Source of the DNA: Octopus sinensis
Taxonomy: Eukaryota
Assembly (NCBI RefSeq): GCF_006345805.1
Contig: NC_043023.1
Location: forward strand, 12,090,001-12,154,000
DNA: 64,000 nucleotides
Reading direction: 5' to 3'
Shown: piece after piece, positions 12,513-25,410 of the stretch
Position numbering within the stretch: position 1 is the stretch's first letter
Layout of the letters: every line of letters begins with the position of its first letter
Position numbers and translations under genes: made by a program
The notes under the pieces: model-generated
Database searches by the model: none
What the model was told of the DNA's origin: nothing
Seen by the model: the letters and a program-made list of their open reading frames with translations, nothing else

Positions 12513-12800
12513 ACTGTATATACATCAAAATTTATTACAACAGGACAACGATTATGAATATTTTGTCTGCTAAAAGACAGGGTTTATTCCTCTCCAAGTT
12601 TGACATTATCAACTTCAGTTTCTTGGATGTCAACGTGAAATTCATGAATCACAACTTCAATATCATTTATATATCTAAATATATCAACACAGAAATGACT
12701 TTGGTTTCTGAAGATGATTGTGCTGGATTTTTGAGGAATTTGTTATGAGGGAATAAGAAATAAAAGTTTTAAGTGACATTGATTTTGTCTTTGTTGTGTT
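12513..12800 (+). other. Conserved ZNF 3' module with AATAAA at 12759-12764
   Basis: Follows the vestigial SIHTQV* stop. Copies at about 19652, 27495, 29585, 37516, 39616, 48723 and 49172 (+); 1905, 51605 and 52005 (-); and an internally deleted copy at about 61130-61245 (-). Confidence 0.85.
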
Positions 12801-14808
12801 TTCATCATCATCCTCATCCTTCTTCTTCTTCAGTGTCCATTTTCTTTGCAGGCTTGGGTGGGAAAGTGTGACATGCTGGTAAGCCAGAGTGCTTCTCCAG
12901 TTTCCTCTCAGATTTGGCTGTATGCCCTTAAGATACGAGGCATATTCTATTAATATGCCTGTTCAAGTACCGTAATAGCATGAAACTAGCAGTAGCCCTT
13001 TCAATTGTGTATTTAATTTGATATATGTATGTATGTGTGTGAACATGATGTCAGTCTGATAACTAAAATAAATGTATACAAATCTTGTATTTCAAGCATA
13101 TTTCTGAATGGGGCAGTAGCATGGACTCCCTTTTGCAGACAAAAAAAACTTGAAACTTTTCACTTGTGTGCAACATATGCAGCAAGATAAGATCTTGTCA
13201 ACAAGTTCAACAAGACCTTCCGGTGGTGTAGCTGTGACTTGTAAACCCGTATGGCTTTATTTACGTTTCTGAAGAAAAAAGAAACCCTTCCCCCCACACC
13301 AAATCCTGATCCCACAATATTTTATTCATACGAATGTGACTGATATGAAATGACAAACTAAATGGAGACTGCAGGAAGTTGTTGTTGGTAAACAACAGCA
13401 GAAATTGTATTCACCTCAATAGACGTCCTTGATTGGTTGAAATTGCTGAAATGCAAGAAATTTAACAAATAGCTTACAAACTACAGAATTTTCTCAAGAA
13501 AGCCAAGAGAAAAAGATGTTTTATGTAACACATTCTACCAGTATATGAAGTTTAAAAGTGTTTATTTACAAAGAAATTGTTTTAAATCTGGCGGTCATAG
13601 TGAAAAGATTCCAGGCTTGTTTTTGAGGCTACAGCTCCCTATAAAAACTCAACTTTTGTGGTGAAAATTTGAAAACTCTTCAAGATGAAGATGTTCACAG
13701 AATGGGACAGTAGAGTCATCTGTTGGAGAATAAAAGAAATACAACCAGCTAAAGGGAAATAACTTCTACAACATTCAAACCACGTGGTCCTTGTAAATTA
13801 TTAAAGAAGGTACTTTATTACTGATCACTGACTCGTTGTTTGTATCTGAATACGGTAAATTGACAAAGATTTATTTTAAGATTGTAAAGTTGATACTACT
13901 ACTACTACTACTACTAATAATAATAATGTAATAATAGGATTATGTGAACCTCTTGATCGTAAAGTAATTATTTCGAAGCTGAAACTTAAAATTAGGAAAA
14001 TATATTTGCTCGTCTTAATTAATAACTTCCAAACTGAAATGTTGATCCGTTGTTTATGGAAACCTATGATCGACTGTTACATGTGATATAAAGGAAATTA
14101 ACGGGTAAAATGGAAGTAATATGGCATATTTAATTAGTAAAATTAGAAGAAGAATACCACGTTAATTAATGCTGTCCTGTTGTTTATGAGGCATTGATTA
14201 TAAGATTTACTTTAATGTTATATTAATAATAGTGATGATGATGATGGTTTCAAATTTTGGCCCAAGGCCAGCAATCTTTCGTGCGAGTGAGGGGAGTAGA
14301 ATATATGGGACTTAGTATTTCCCGAAAGGGATGAAGGCGAAGTCGATCTCGGCCGTATTTGAACTCAGGACTTTCTGCCGAAGTCGACATTTCACTTAAA
14401 TTCGTTTCTGAGTCCATAAATAATAATGAAGATAATGATAAGGGCCTGTAATTTGGAGGGGAGACGTAATTCTATTGCTTGGACCCTAGTTCTTTTTATT
14501 GCTTTTATTTCATTGACCTCGAAAGGATGACAGGCAAAGTGAACCTCGGTGGAATTTGAACTTTCAGAGTAAAGACGGACGAGTGTTACATATGATATGA
14601 AGTAAATAGATAAAAGATTTGGTAGATTAACGGTAATTCAGGATTGGTAGATGTTCCTTACATTTAATTACTGCATAATGAGAGAAAAGCTGTCTAATTA
14701 ATTTTGATAGAATAACTAAAAGTCTGTGGCGTATAAGTACATAAACGTGCCCCGCTGACTTTGTTTTCTTCTCACTTTCTGAGAAATCGTTTTTTTTTTT
14801 TGTTTTTT

Positions 14809-15948
14809 CGGTTAATATCTAGATCCGCACCCGGTGGAAAAAATGGAAACGCAAATGTGTAACAGTTGTAAGGCATCGTATATTGACGTAATAAGACGGA
14901 AAAAAAGGGCGCTGACGAACGGGGGTGGGGGGGGGGCGGAATTTGAAATAGAAGCGTGGTAGATTTGTTGAAAATAATCAGCAAATCTACCACGCATGTG
15001 GTAAGTACAGATTATATTTTCCCAATATTATTGATTGTCACAGAATAATTATCAATCGCAACTTCAAAAATTCAAATTCCATTACTTCAGTTTTCACTTT
15101 TTGTTTGTAAAATAAAAAAAAATATTATATAGACTAGCAGTACGCCCGGCGTTGCTCGGGTTTGTAAGGGAAATAACTATAAAGCATTTTTAGCGAAAAT
15201 ATTGAAAAATATTGAAAATAGCAAAAAAATTGAAATTCTCGACCCCATGTCGAATTTATCGATTTTTTTCAGAACTGGGGGAACTTTTCAAAATTTTCGC
15301 TGCGTTAGTTTTGAATTATGACATTGGGCTATGTGTGTGTCAAGTTTCATCAGAATCGGTTGAAAGCCGTGGTCAGGGTGAGGGTACAACCTGACAGACA
15401 CAGAAAAACTGCCGTTTATATATAGAGATTTTTAGAGAGTTACTTCCCTTATGCCAACAATGCGTTTAAATGGTGAAAATTGATGGTAAATTTTTCTTTA
15501 AATCGTAGGCAATTTTCCGAGCCCCCCCCCCCCCCCGTTTGTCAGCGCGCTTATTTTTCGTCATATTCCTTCAATATACGATGCCTTACACCTCTTACAC
15601 ATACTTTTTTCCATTTTTGCCACCTGGGCGTGGATCCTCTACGGTTGATCCTGGGAATTTTCCGACCCCCCACCCCACCCCCGTTCGTCAGCGCCCTTTT
15701 TTTACGTCTTATTCCGTCAATATACGATGCCTTACAACTGTTACACATTTTAGATTCCAGGTTGATCCTGGGAATTTTCCGACCCCCCCCCCCCCCCCCC
15801 CCCACTCCCCCCCTTCCGACCCCCTCCCCCACCCCCGTTCTTCAGCGCCCTTTTTTTCCGTCTTATTACGTCAATATACGATGCCTTACAACTGTTACAC
15901 ATTTGCGTTTCCATTTTTTCCACCGGGTGCGGATCTAGATATTAACCG
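14809..15948. mobile_element. 1.14-kb non-autonomous TIR element (CGGTTAATATCTAGATCCGCACCCGGTGG) inserted in a T-run
   Basis: ~130-bp inverted termini with T-runs on both flanks; the empty site is visible in the paralogous intron at about 8905. G/C-run subterminal repeats. Second copy at 24440-26274. Confidence 0.85.
15133..15430 (+). mobile_element. Helentron/HINE (DINE-1-like) non-autonomous element nested in the TIR element
   Basis: 5' end ACTAGCAGTACGCCCGGCGTTGCTCGGG; 3' end GACAGACACAGA...TTTATATATAGAGAT. The class is inferred from this end architecture. Confidence 0.55.
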
Positions 15949-16169
15949 TTTTTTCTAATGGAATCTCCTATGACTATATTTTAGAGGATGACAGTTATAA
16001 TACTTTTCAGACGGTGTAGTTTGTGATTATATCAGAATTTGTTGTGGAAACCATTGTTCTGAGCCAGTTTAATGAAGGAGAGTTTCACAATATTCAAAAG
16101 CCTCAGTTTTGTTTCCTCAATCACCAACATCGGATTTCAAGCAGTGAGTGAGGGTTGGGCGGAAAAACA

Positions 16170-16745
16170 CACACATTGATATATATGTGTATATGTATAC
16201 AGGATCGGCTTTTTTCAAATTCCATTTACCAAATCCACTCACAAGACTTTGGTCAGCCCAAGCGTGTAGCAGAAACGTTGTGCTCAATTTGTCACGTACT
16301 GGGACTGTACCTAGAACTATGTAGTGAGAAACGAGCTTCATACAACAAACCTGCTAATGGTTTTAAACTACACTCAATGTCATTTGTTACACTGTCTCTT
16401 GTTATTATTGAGCATCCTAAATTTTTGAGAGTGTAAAATTATAGATGTGTGCATGTGTATCTCTCTTTCTCTCTCTCCCTTTCTGAAATGTATTATGTAT
16501 ATGATACATGCTCCAGCATGGTCGCAGTCAAATGACAGAAAACAGTAAAAAAGAATATCGTCATCATCCCTTGTTGTCATTGTTTAATGTCTGCAGAGAA
16601 GCAGAAATGTGCAGGGCTGGGTCAGGCTGCAATGTCATCTTTACAATGGTTTCTACTGCTAGATGCCCTTCCTAATGCCAACACAGAATGTATGGGTGCT
16701 TTTTATGTGCCGCCAGCATCAGTCAAGATGCTGGGAGCAGGTGTG
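16170..16745. mobile_element. Degenerate CORE-like SINE pieces and an RTE-type fragment
   Basis: CTCCAGCATGGTCGCAGTCAAATGAC (SINE tail) and GATGCCCTTCCTAATGCCAAC (RTE-type). Confidence 0.55.
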
Positions 16746-17624
16746 CTTATGAGGTAAAAAGTTTGCTACCCAACCCATTCTTGCAGTTTGGGTAAGTAAG
16801 TGTCTCCCATGAGGCCTTGGGTCAACTAAAACCTTGTGAGTGGTATGTGTTGATGGAAATGGAGGAAGCATATTCATATGTAGATATTATATCATCATCA
16901 TCATTGTTTAATGCCCCTTCCATGCTGGTGTGACTGGATAGTTTGTAGAAAGGCCATGGCCAGATGGAAGCCTGCACCAGACTGCAGTGAGTGTTTTACC
17001 AGGATTTTTACTGCCTCAATGGATTCTGACCCATGGTAAACGTAGATATTAAATGGATGACAGTGTTGATGTTGTAAGATTTGCAATGTTGAATTACTAT
17101 GTCGTTTAATGATTCTCTTTATCTCACTGCTTCTTTTTTTCTGTTTCAGAATATAACAAGTTGACGTGAAAGAAATTTCTTCATTTAGACATGCCTCTGA
17201 TATTTTGATTGACTTTCATCAATTAAAGGAAGACCATATATTCATAAGGCACATTCATCAACGCATCAACTTCTTTGTATAAATCTTCAACCAGTGATGG
17301 GAAAATACTTCTTCTGGACATTGTATTTAACAGCAACGTTCTTTTGTCTTCACTGTCTGGAATGTGGAGATTAATAATTTCCAGGTTAATTAATCTTGGA
17401 TACCTTTACAAAAGAGTTAACAGTTTACATCTTGTGTTTTAGATATTAAGTAAGATCACTGATTGGAGAAACATAACATTAAATTATTCTCTGACACATC
17501 TGAACACAAACACTCTTAGAAATGCAAAAAGAACTACCATTGTGTTATGTATGAAAAATTATTATCTCACGATGAATGATTTAACTAAACCAAAAAGGCC
17601 ACATCATTTTCTGGAAACAGTCTC

Positions 17625-19130
17625 TTGATTAGGCACAAACATATTCATACTGGTGAAAAACTATGTCATTGTAATATCTGTGGTAAATCATTCTCTGAAA
17701 GTAGTGACTTGCCTAAACACAAATGTACACATACAGGAGAGAAGCCATATCATTGTGATATTTGTGATAAATCATTCGCTGCAAACAGTGACTTGACTAG
17801 ACACAAGCACGTTCATGCTGGTGAAAAACCATATCATTGTGATATCTGTGGTAAATCATTCTCTCAAAGTGATGACTTGACTAAGCACAAACCTACACAT
17901 AAAAGAGAGAAAGCATGTCTTTGTAATATCTGTGGTAAATCATTCACTTGTAACAGTGAATTATGTAGCCATAAACGTATTCATACTGGGGAAAAGCCAT
18001 ATCACTGTAATATCTGTGGTAAATCATTCTCTCAGAGTGGTTCTTTGACTTATCACAAACGTATTCATACTGGGGAAAAACCATATCACTGTAATGTCTG
18101 TGGTAAATCATTTGCTAACAATAGTCTCTTGATTATTCACAAACGTATTCATACCAGGGAAAAACCATATCAGTGTGATATCTGTGGTAAATTATTTTCT
18201 CAGTCTGGTAACTTGAAACCACACAAACGTGTTCATACAGGAGAGAAACCATATCACTGTGATATTTGTGGTAGGCCATTCTCTCACAGTAATGCCTTGA
18301 TTAAACACACATTCACACATACAGGAGAGAAGCCTTTTCATTGTAATATCTGTGATAAATCGTTCACTAGAAATAGTCAATTGACTTGTCACAAACGCAT
18401 TCATACTGGGGAAAATCCATACCAGTGTGATACCTGTGGTAAATCATTTTCCAGTTATAACGCTGTCACTCGTCACAAACATATTCATACTGGGGAAAAA
18501 CCATATCATTGTGATATCTGTGGTAAATCATTTTCTCAAAGTGGTGCTTTGACTTATCACAAACGCATTCATACTGGGGAAAATCCATACCAATGTGATA
18601 TCTGCGGTAAATCGTTTACCAGAAATAACACTCTCACTCGTCACAAACGTATTCATAATGGGGAAAAACCATATCATTGTGATATCTGTGGTAAATCATT
18701 CTCTCAAAGTGGCGACATAATTAAACATAAACGTACTCATACAGGAGAGAAGCCATATCAATGTAATATCTGTGGTAGATCATTTTCTGGAAGTAGCGAC
18801 TTGATTAAACACAAACGTATTCATACAGGAGAGAAGCCGTATCATTGTAATATCTGTGGTAAATCATTTGCTGACAGTAGCAATTTAAATTATCACAAAC
18901 GTGTTCATACTGGAGAGAGGCCATATCATTGCAATATCTGTGATAAAGCATTCTCATCAAGTAGTTATTTGACTGATCACAAATGTATTCATACTGGGGA
19001 AAAGTTATATCAGTGTGATATTTGTGGTAAATCATTCGCTAGAAATAGTCAATTGACTTGTCACAAACGCATTCATACTGGGAAAATCCATACCAGTGTG
19101 ATATCTGCGTTAAATCATTTTCCAGAATAA
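17625..19130 (+). CDS. C2H2 ZNF gene 3: 17-finger ORF lacking any in-frame ATG; probably continues to about 19445 through frameshifted or erroneous sequence
   Basis: The 501-codon ORF contains no Met. The cognate leader ATG (17572, [10 protein letters not shown]) is out of frame and stops after 18 codons. Acceptor at 17149. Frameshift in a G-run at about 19082. Confidence 0.6.
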   Translation: MIRHKHIHTGEKLCHCNICGKSFSESSDLPKHKCTHTGEKPYHCDICDKSFAANSDLTRHKHVHAGEKPYHCDICGKSFSQSDDLTKHKPTHKREKACLCNICGKSFTCNSELCSHKRIHTGEKPYHCNICGKSFSQSGSLTYHKRIHTGEKPYHCNVCGKSFANNSLLIIHKRIHTREKPYQCDICGKLFSQSGNLKPHKRVHTGEKPYHCDICGRPFSHSNALIKHTFTHTGEKPFHCNICDKSFTRNSQLTCHKRIHTGENPYQCDTCGKSFSSYNAVTRHKHIHTGEKPYHCDICGKSFSQSGALTYHKRIHTGENPYQCDICGKSFTRNNTLTRHKRIHNGEKPYHCDICGKSFSQSGDIIKHKRTHTGEKPYQCNICGRSFSGSSDLIKHKRIHTGEKPYHCNICGKSFADSSNLNYHKRVHTGERPYHCNICDKAFSSSSYLTDHKCIHTGEKLYQCDICGKSFARNSQLTCHKRIHTGKIHTSVISALNHFPE

Positions 19131-19648
<518 letters not shown>

Positions 19649-21584
19649 TAACTGTATCAATATCAAAATTTATTGAAACATGACAACAATTATGAATATT
19701 TTGTCTGCTAAAAGACAGGTTTATTCCTCTTCAAGCTTGACATTATCGACTTCATTTTCTTGGATGTCAACATGAAATTCATGAATCACAACTTCAATAT
19801 CACTTATATATCTAAATATATCAACACAGAGATGACTTTGGTTTTCTGGAGAGGATTGTGCTGGATTTTTGAGGATTTTTATTATGAGAGAATAAAGGAA
19901 TGGGAATAAGGAATAAAAGTTTTGAGTGACATTGATTTTGTCTTTGTTGTGTTTTCGTCATCATCATATCATCATCATCATCAAATCATCATCCTTTAAC
20001 GTTTTCTATCCAGGATCAGGTGGGAAAGTGTTACAGAGCTGTCAAGCCAGAGTACTGCTCCAGATTTGGCTGTATGCCCTTAAGATACATGGTGTGTTTT
20101 ATAAATGTCCCTCTGCAAGTATCATGCTAACATGAAACCAGTAGTAGCTCTTTTGGTGGTTTTGGATTTAATTTCATGTGTGTGTGTGTGAACATGATGT
20201 CAGTCTAATTACAAAAATAGGTGTACACAAATCTTGTTTACAAATCTTCTAGAGGGAAAGAAAAAAAAAAAATTGAAACTTTTCACATTGCCGTTTTACA
20301 CCCATATGCTAAAAAAATTGCAAGATAAGATATCCGATGTGAAAATCTTAGAAAAGTGTAATATGTCCAGCATCCAAAGCATCATCATCATCATCATCGT
20401 TTTAGTGTCCACTTTCCATGCTAGCATGGGTTGTACGGTTCAATTTGGTCTGGGAAGCCTGAAGGCTGCACCAGGCCCAGTCTGATCTGGCAATGTTTCT
20501 ACAGCTGGATACTTTTCCTAACGCCAACCACTCCGTGTGTGTAGTGGGTGCTTTTTACGTGCCACCGGCACGAGACCGAGTAGGGCCGGCGCTGGCAACA
20601 GCCACGTTCGGATGGTTCTCTTACGTGCCACCGGCACTGGTATCACAGCTGCAATTTCCATTGATGTTGGTCGATTTCGATTCTCATATTGCCTCAACAG
20701 GTCTTCACAAGTAGAGTTTTGCGTCCCAAGAAGGAAAGGTATGCATAAGTGGGCTGGCTACATCCCATGTAGAGGCCACGAGTTATGGTGTCACTTGTAT
20801 ACTGATGAGAATTCAGTGCAGATGGTTAGGACATGTTTTCGAAATGGAAATGACTGCAGTACAAAATTCTTCAGTGGCTTAGGTCTATAAGGATAAGCTG
20901 AAGCAATAATAAGGCTCTAGAGCATAAATGCTTTAGCTTTTTGATTGACATGTTGGGAAAGTCATTGCCTAGATCCATTTGCATGGCATAAAAATCTTGG
21001 TCCTAATCACCTGATTTAAAGTGTATTTACACCACTTCTGCATTTTCAACCGATCACTGACGTCCATTGAGGTAAAAAAACATTCTGTGCCGTATGAATA
21101 TGTCCTCGTTTAAGAAACAGATTGGGTTTATTTACACTTGCGAAGAAAAAAGATACCCTTCCCCACCACTAACCCTAACTAAGGATCTTTTGGTTTGTTT
21201 GAAAGGCAGTTTTTTAAAATAATTTCCACGTAACTAAACACTTTTAAACTTCGTATACTGGTAGAATCTGTTTATAAACATCTTTTTCTCTTGGATTTAT
21301 TGAGAAAATGCTATAGTTTTGTAACATATTTCAAGCTTTTGGCAATTTTAACCAATTGCTGACCTCCATTGACGTAAACAACATTCTGTGCCGTATGAAT
21401 ATGTCCCTCGTTTAAGAAACAGATTGGGTTTATTTACATTTGCGAAGAAAAAAAGATACCCTTCCCCCACCCCTAACCCTAAAACAGATTGAAATGCAAT
21501 AGATCGATACTAGGGTTATAATTATGGGTGACAATTTCATGGAAGCTATACTAGGTGCACAACACAGTGGAAATGGAGTGACAG

Positions 21585-22030
21585 CGATCAACTCCGACGT
21601 CTGGCAGCTGACTTTGGCAGACACCCATAAAATTATTAACATCTTACAAACAATAACTCTGAGCACCTTTTCAAACTCCATCTGTCTAACACCCATGGAC
21701 ATGTTTACAAAGTCAGAAAACAGCACAGCTCCCATGACTTTAGGAAACATTTTTTCACGCTAAGAGTTGCTGAAGCATGGAACAAACTTCAAGCATCATT
21801 GTTAGTTGTCGGAGCACTGCATCCTTCAAAACTTCCATGCTTCCTGAGATTGCAACACTCACTGACTTTCTGCTCTCCCCTCCATCCACCAGCACAGCAC
21901 GCAAGCTGTATCTGACTCATACACTGTTCGCTTTCCAGACATTTGTACATTACTGTATATGCTTTATATGCACTCTTGACAAGTTGTGGTGCGACTGAAC
22001 ACTGGATACAACAATTTCATTATTATTATT
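21585..22030 (+). mobile_element. CR1/L2-like LINE 3' fragment inserted in a MITE (also 31545-31972 and 41576-42003)
   Basis: Hand translation gives RRLAADLADTHKII...KVRKQHSSHDFRKHFFTLRVAEAWNKL, typical of the CR1-type RT C-terminus. It has an (ATT)n tail, and ACAATTTCAT is repeated at both ends. Confidence 0.8.
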
Positions 22031-24649
22031 ACAAACCGAAAAGATCCGTTGAATTCGTTCGGGTCTTTTCTTCGTCGCATTCAGTCAACAACTTCACTTC
22101 CAAATTTCCACCAGATATTATAACAAACTACTCACATATTCTATCCTACGACCGTTTCCAGCTCATGACTTCACCGCAAATACCTTAAGAAATAATCCGT
22201 CTTGTGGGCGTGGCATCGGGACGTGACGTCATGCCGTCGCTCTTCCGGTTCCCTCCCCACAGCATTTCCTCTCTTTTCCAATTATTGTCCCTCCTCTCCA
22301 CTTGATCCCAATCTAATTAATACTGCTCTCTAATCCGCTCATAATCGCCCATTCTGTTGGGTGTGATGTTCATTCACATTGCTAGCTGGTCTACTATACT
22401 GGATGGATCTTTTCTGTTTGAAATAATTTCCACGCAGGAGTGGCTGTGTGGTAAGTAGTTCAGTACCACTGCGTGGCACCTTGCGCAAGTGTCTTCAAAT
22501 AAGCCTGGTGAATGGATTTGGCAGACGGAAAAATGAAAGAAGCCCATTGTATGTATATATTTATATATATAGTGAATCCAAAGAAGAAAAAAAAAGCACG
22601 TCAACGTGAGGACGTGGAACAAATATAGTATGTTGGACGCTCAGGAAGGAAGGAAGAAGGAGGGTTTTAACATTTCGAGCAGAGCTCTTTGTCGGAAACA
22701 TAGAAGGAAAGATCCAGAGAAGGGAAACAGAAGAGAAGAAAAAAAATCGCCAACGGTACACACGCGGTCACATTTTGAAAGCATTATGGTATGTATGTAT
22801 GTAGGAGTAGGTGTGTGGTAAGTAGCTTGCTAACCAACCACACGGTTCCGGGTTCAGTCCCACTGCGTGGCACCTCGGAAAGTGCCTGCTACTATAGCCT
22901 CGGGCCGATCAAAGCCTTGTGGGTGGATTTGGTAGACGGAAACTGAAAGAAGCCCTTCGTATATATATTTATATAGTGTGTTGTGTGTGTTTGTCCCCAT
23001 AGCATTGCTTGACAACCGATGCTGGTGTATTTATGTCCCCGTTACTTAGCGGTTCGGCAAAATGGACCGATAGAATAAGTACTGGCTTACAAAAAAATAA
23101 GCCCTGGTGTCGATTTGCTTCACTAAAAGCGGCGGTGCTCCAGCATGGCCGCAGTCAAATGACTGAAACAAGTAAAAGAAATAAAGAAAGAGAGAGTAAC
23201 TAAACACTTAATTAAAAAAACTGCCGTTCAAACCGAAAAGATCCGTAGCTTGTTTTGAGGCTACAGCTCCCTATAAAAAATTTCACTTTTCTGGTGAAAA
23301 TTTGCAAACTCTTCAGATGAGTGTTCCCAGAATGGGACAGTAGAGTCATCTGTTGGAGAATAAATAAATACAACCACTAAAGGGAAATAACTTCTACAAC
23401 ATTCAAAACCACGTGGCCTTTAAATTATAAAGAAGGTACTTTATTAGCTCACTGACTCGTTGTTTGTATCTGAATACGGTAAATTGAAAAGATTTATTTT
23501 AAGATTGTAAGTTGATACTTACTACTACTACTACTACTAATAATAATAATGTAATAATAGATTATGTGAACTCTTGATCGTAAAGTATATTTCGAAGCTG
23601 AAACTTAAAATTAGGAAAATATTTGCTCGTCTATTAATAACTTCCAAACTGAAATGTTGATCCGTTGTTTATGGAACCTATGATCGACTGTTTACGAGTG
23701 TGATAGAAGGAAATTAACGGGTAAATGGAAGTAATATGGCATATTTAATTAGTAATAATCGAGGAAGAAACGACGTTAATTAATGCTGTCCTGTTGTTTA
23801 TGAGGCATTGATAATAGATTACTTCAAATGTTATTTAATAATAGTGATGATGATGATTGTTTCAAATTTTGCCCAAGGCCAAGCAATCTTTCGTGCGAGT
23901 GAGGGGTAGTAGACCTATATGGGACTTAGTATTTCCCGAAAGGGATTGTAGGCGAAGTCGATCTCGGCCGTATTTGAACGCAGGACTTTCTGCCGAAGTC
24001 GACATATTCACTTCATTTTCGTTTAGAGTCCATAATAATATGAAGATAATGATAGGGCCTGGAATTTGGAGGGGAGGGACGTTAATATCTATTGCTGGAC
24101 CCTAGTTCTCGTTTTATTGCTTTGATTTCATTGTCATTGACCTCGAAAGGATGACAGGCAAAGGAACCTCGTTTAATTGAACTTTCAGAGTAAAGACGGA
24201 CGAGTTTTACATATGATATGACAGTAAATAGATAAAAGATTTGTTAGATATACGGTAATTCAGGATTGGTAGATTTCCTTACATTTAATTACTGCATAAT
24301 GAGAGAAAAGCTGTCTAATTAATTTTGATAAATAACTAACAGTCTGTGGCGTATAAGTACATAACGTGCCCCGCTGACTTTGTTTCTCTCACTTTCAAAA
24401 ATCCCGTTTTTTTTTTTGTTTTTTTTTTTTTTTTTTATTCGGTAATATCTAGATCTGCGATCCCGTGAAAAAATGGAAAACGATTAATGTTAAGAGTTGT
24501 AAAGGCATCGTATATACGTAAAAAACGGAAAAAAAAAGGCGCTGACGAACTGTGTGGGGGGGGGGCGGAATTTGAAATAGAATCGTGGTAGATTTGTTGA
24601 AAATATCAGCAAATCTACCACGCATGTTTTAAGTCAGATTATATTTTCC

Positions 24650-25410
24650 CAATATTATTGATTGCACAGATAATTATCAATCGCAACTTTCAAAAATTCA
24701 AATTCCATACTATTACTTCATTTTTCAAATATTATTGATTGTCACAGATAATTATCAATCGCAACTTCAAAAATTCAAATGTCCATTACTTCCATTTTCC
24801 CAATATTATTGATTGTCCACAGAATAATTACAATCGCACTTCAAAAATTCAAATTCCATTACTTCTGTTTTCAAATATTATATTGATTGTCACGAATAAT
24901 TATCAAATCGCAACTTCAAAAATTCAAATTCCATTACTTCAGTTTTCAAATATTATTTGATTGACCCGAATAATTATCAATCGCAACTTTTCAAAAATTC
25001 AAATTCCATTACTTCAGTTTTCAAATATTATTGATTGTCACAGATAATTATCATCGCAACTCCAAAATTCCATTCCATTTGCTTCAGTTTTCAATATTAT
25101 TGATTGTCACAGAAGAAAATTATCAATCGCTAACTTCAAAACATGCAAATTCCAGTTCACTACTTACTTCGTTTTTCAAATATTATTGATTGTCACAGAA
25201 TAATTATCAAGTCGCAACTTCAAAAATTCAAATTCCCATTACTCCTCAGTTTTCAAATATTCTTATTGGGTCACAGAATAATTATCAACGTCGCCATAAC
25301 TTCAAAATCAAATTCCATTCCATTACTTCAGTTTCAAATATTATTGATTGTCACAGAATAATTATCAATCGCAAACTTCAAAAATTCAAATTCCATTACT
25401 TCAGTTTCAC
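24650..25410 (+). repeat. ~73-bp minisatellite, about 10 noisy copies
   Basis: Unit AATATTATTGATTGTCACAGAATAATTATCAATCGCAACTTCAAAAATTCAAATTCCATTACTTCAGTTTTCA. Only one copy is present at the equivalent site (about 15025-15097). Confidence 0.9.

Noticed and set aside
15480-15958. Pro- and Gly-rich ORFs
   Set aside because: Produced by C/G runs in transposon subterminal repeats, and disrupted in the second copy.
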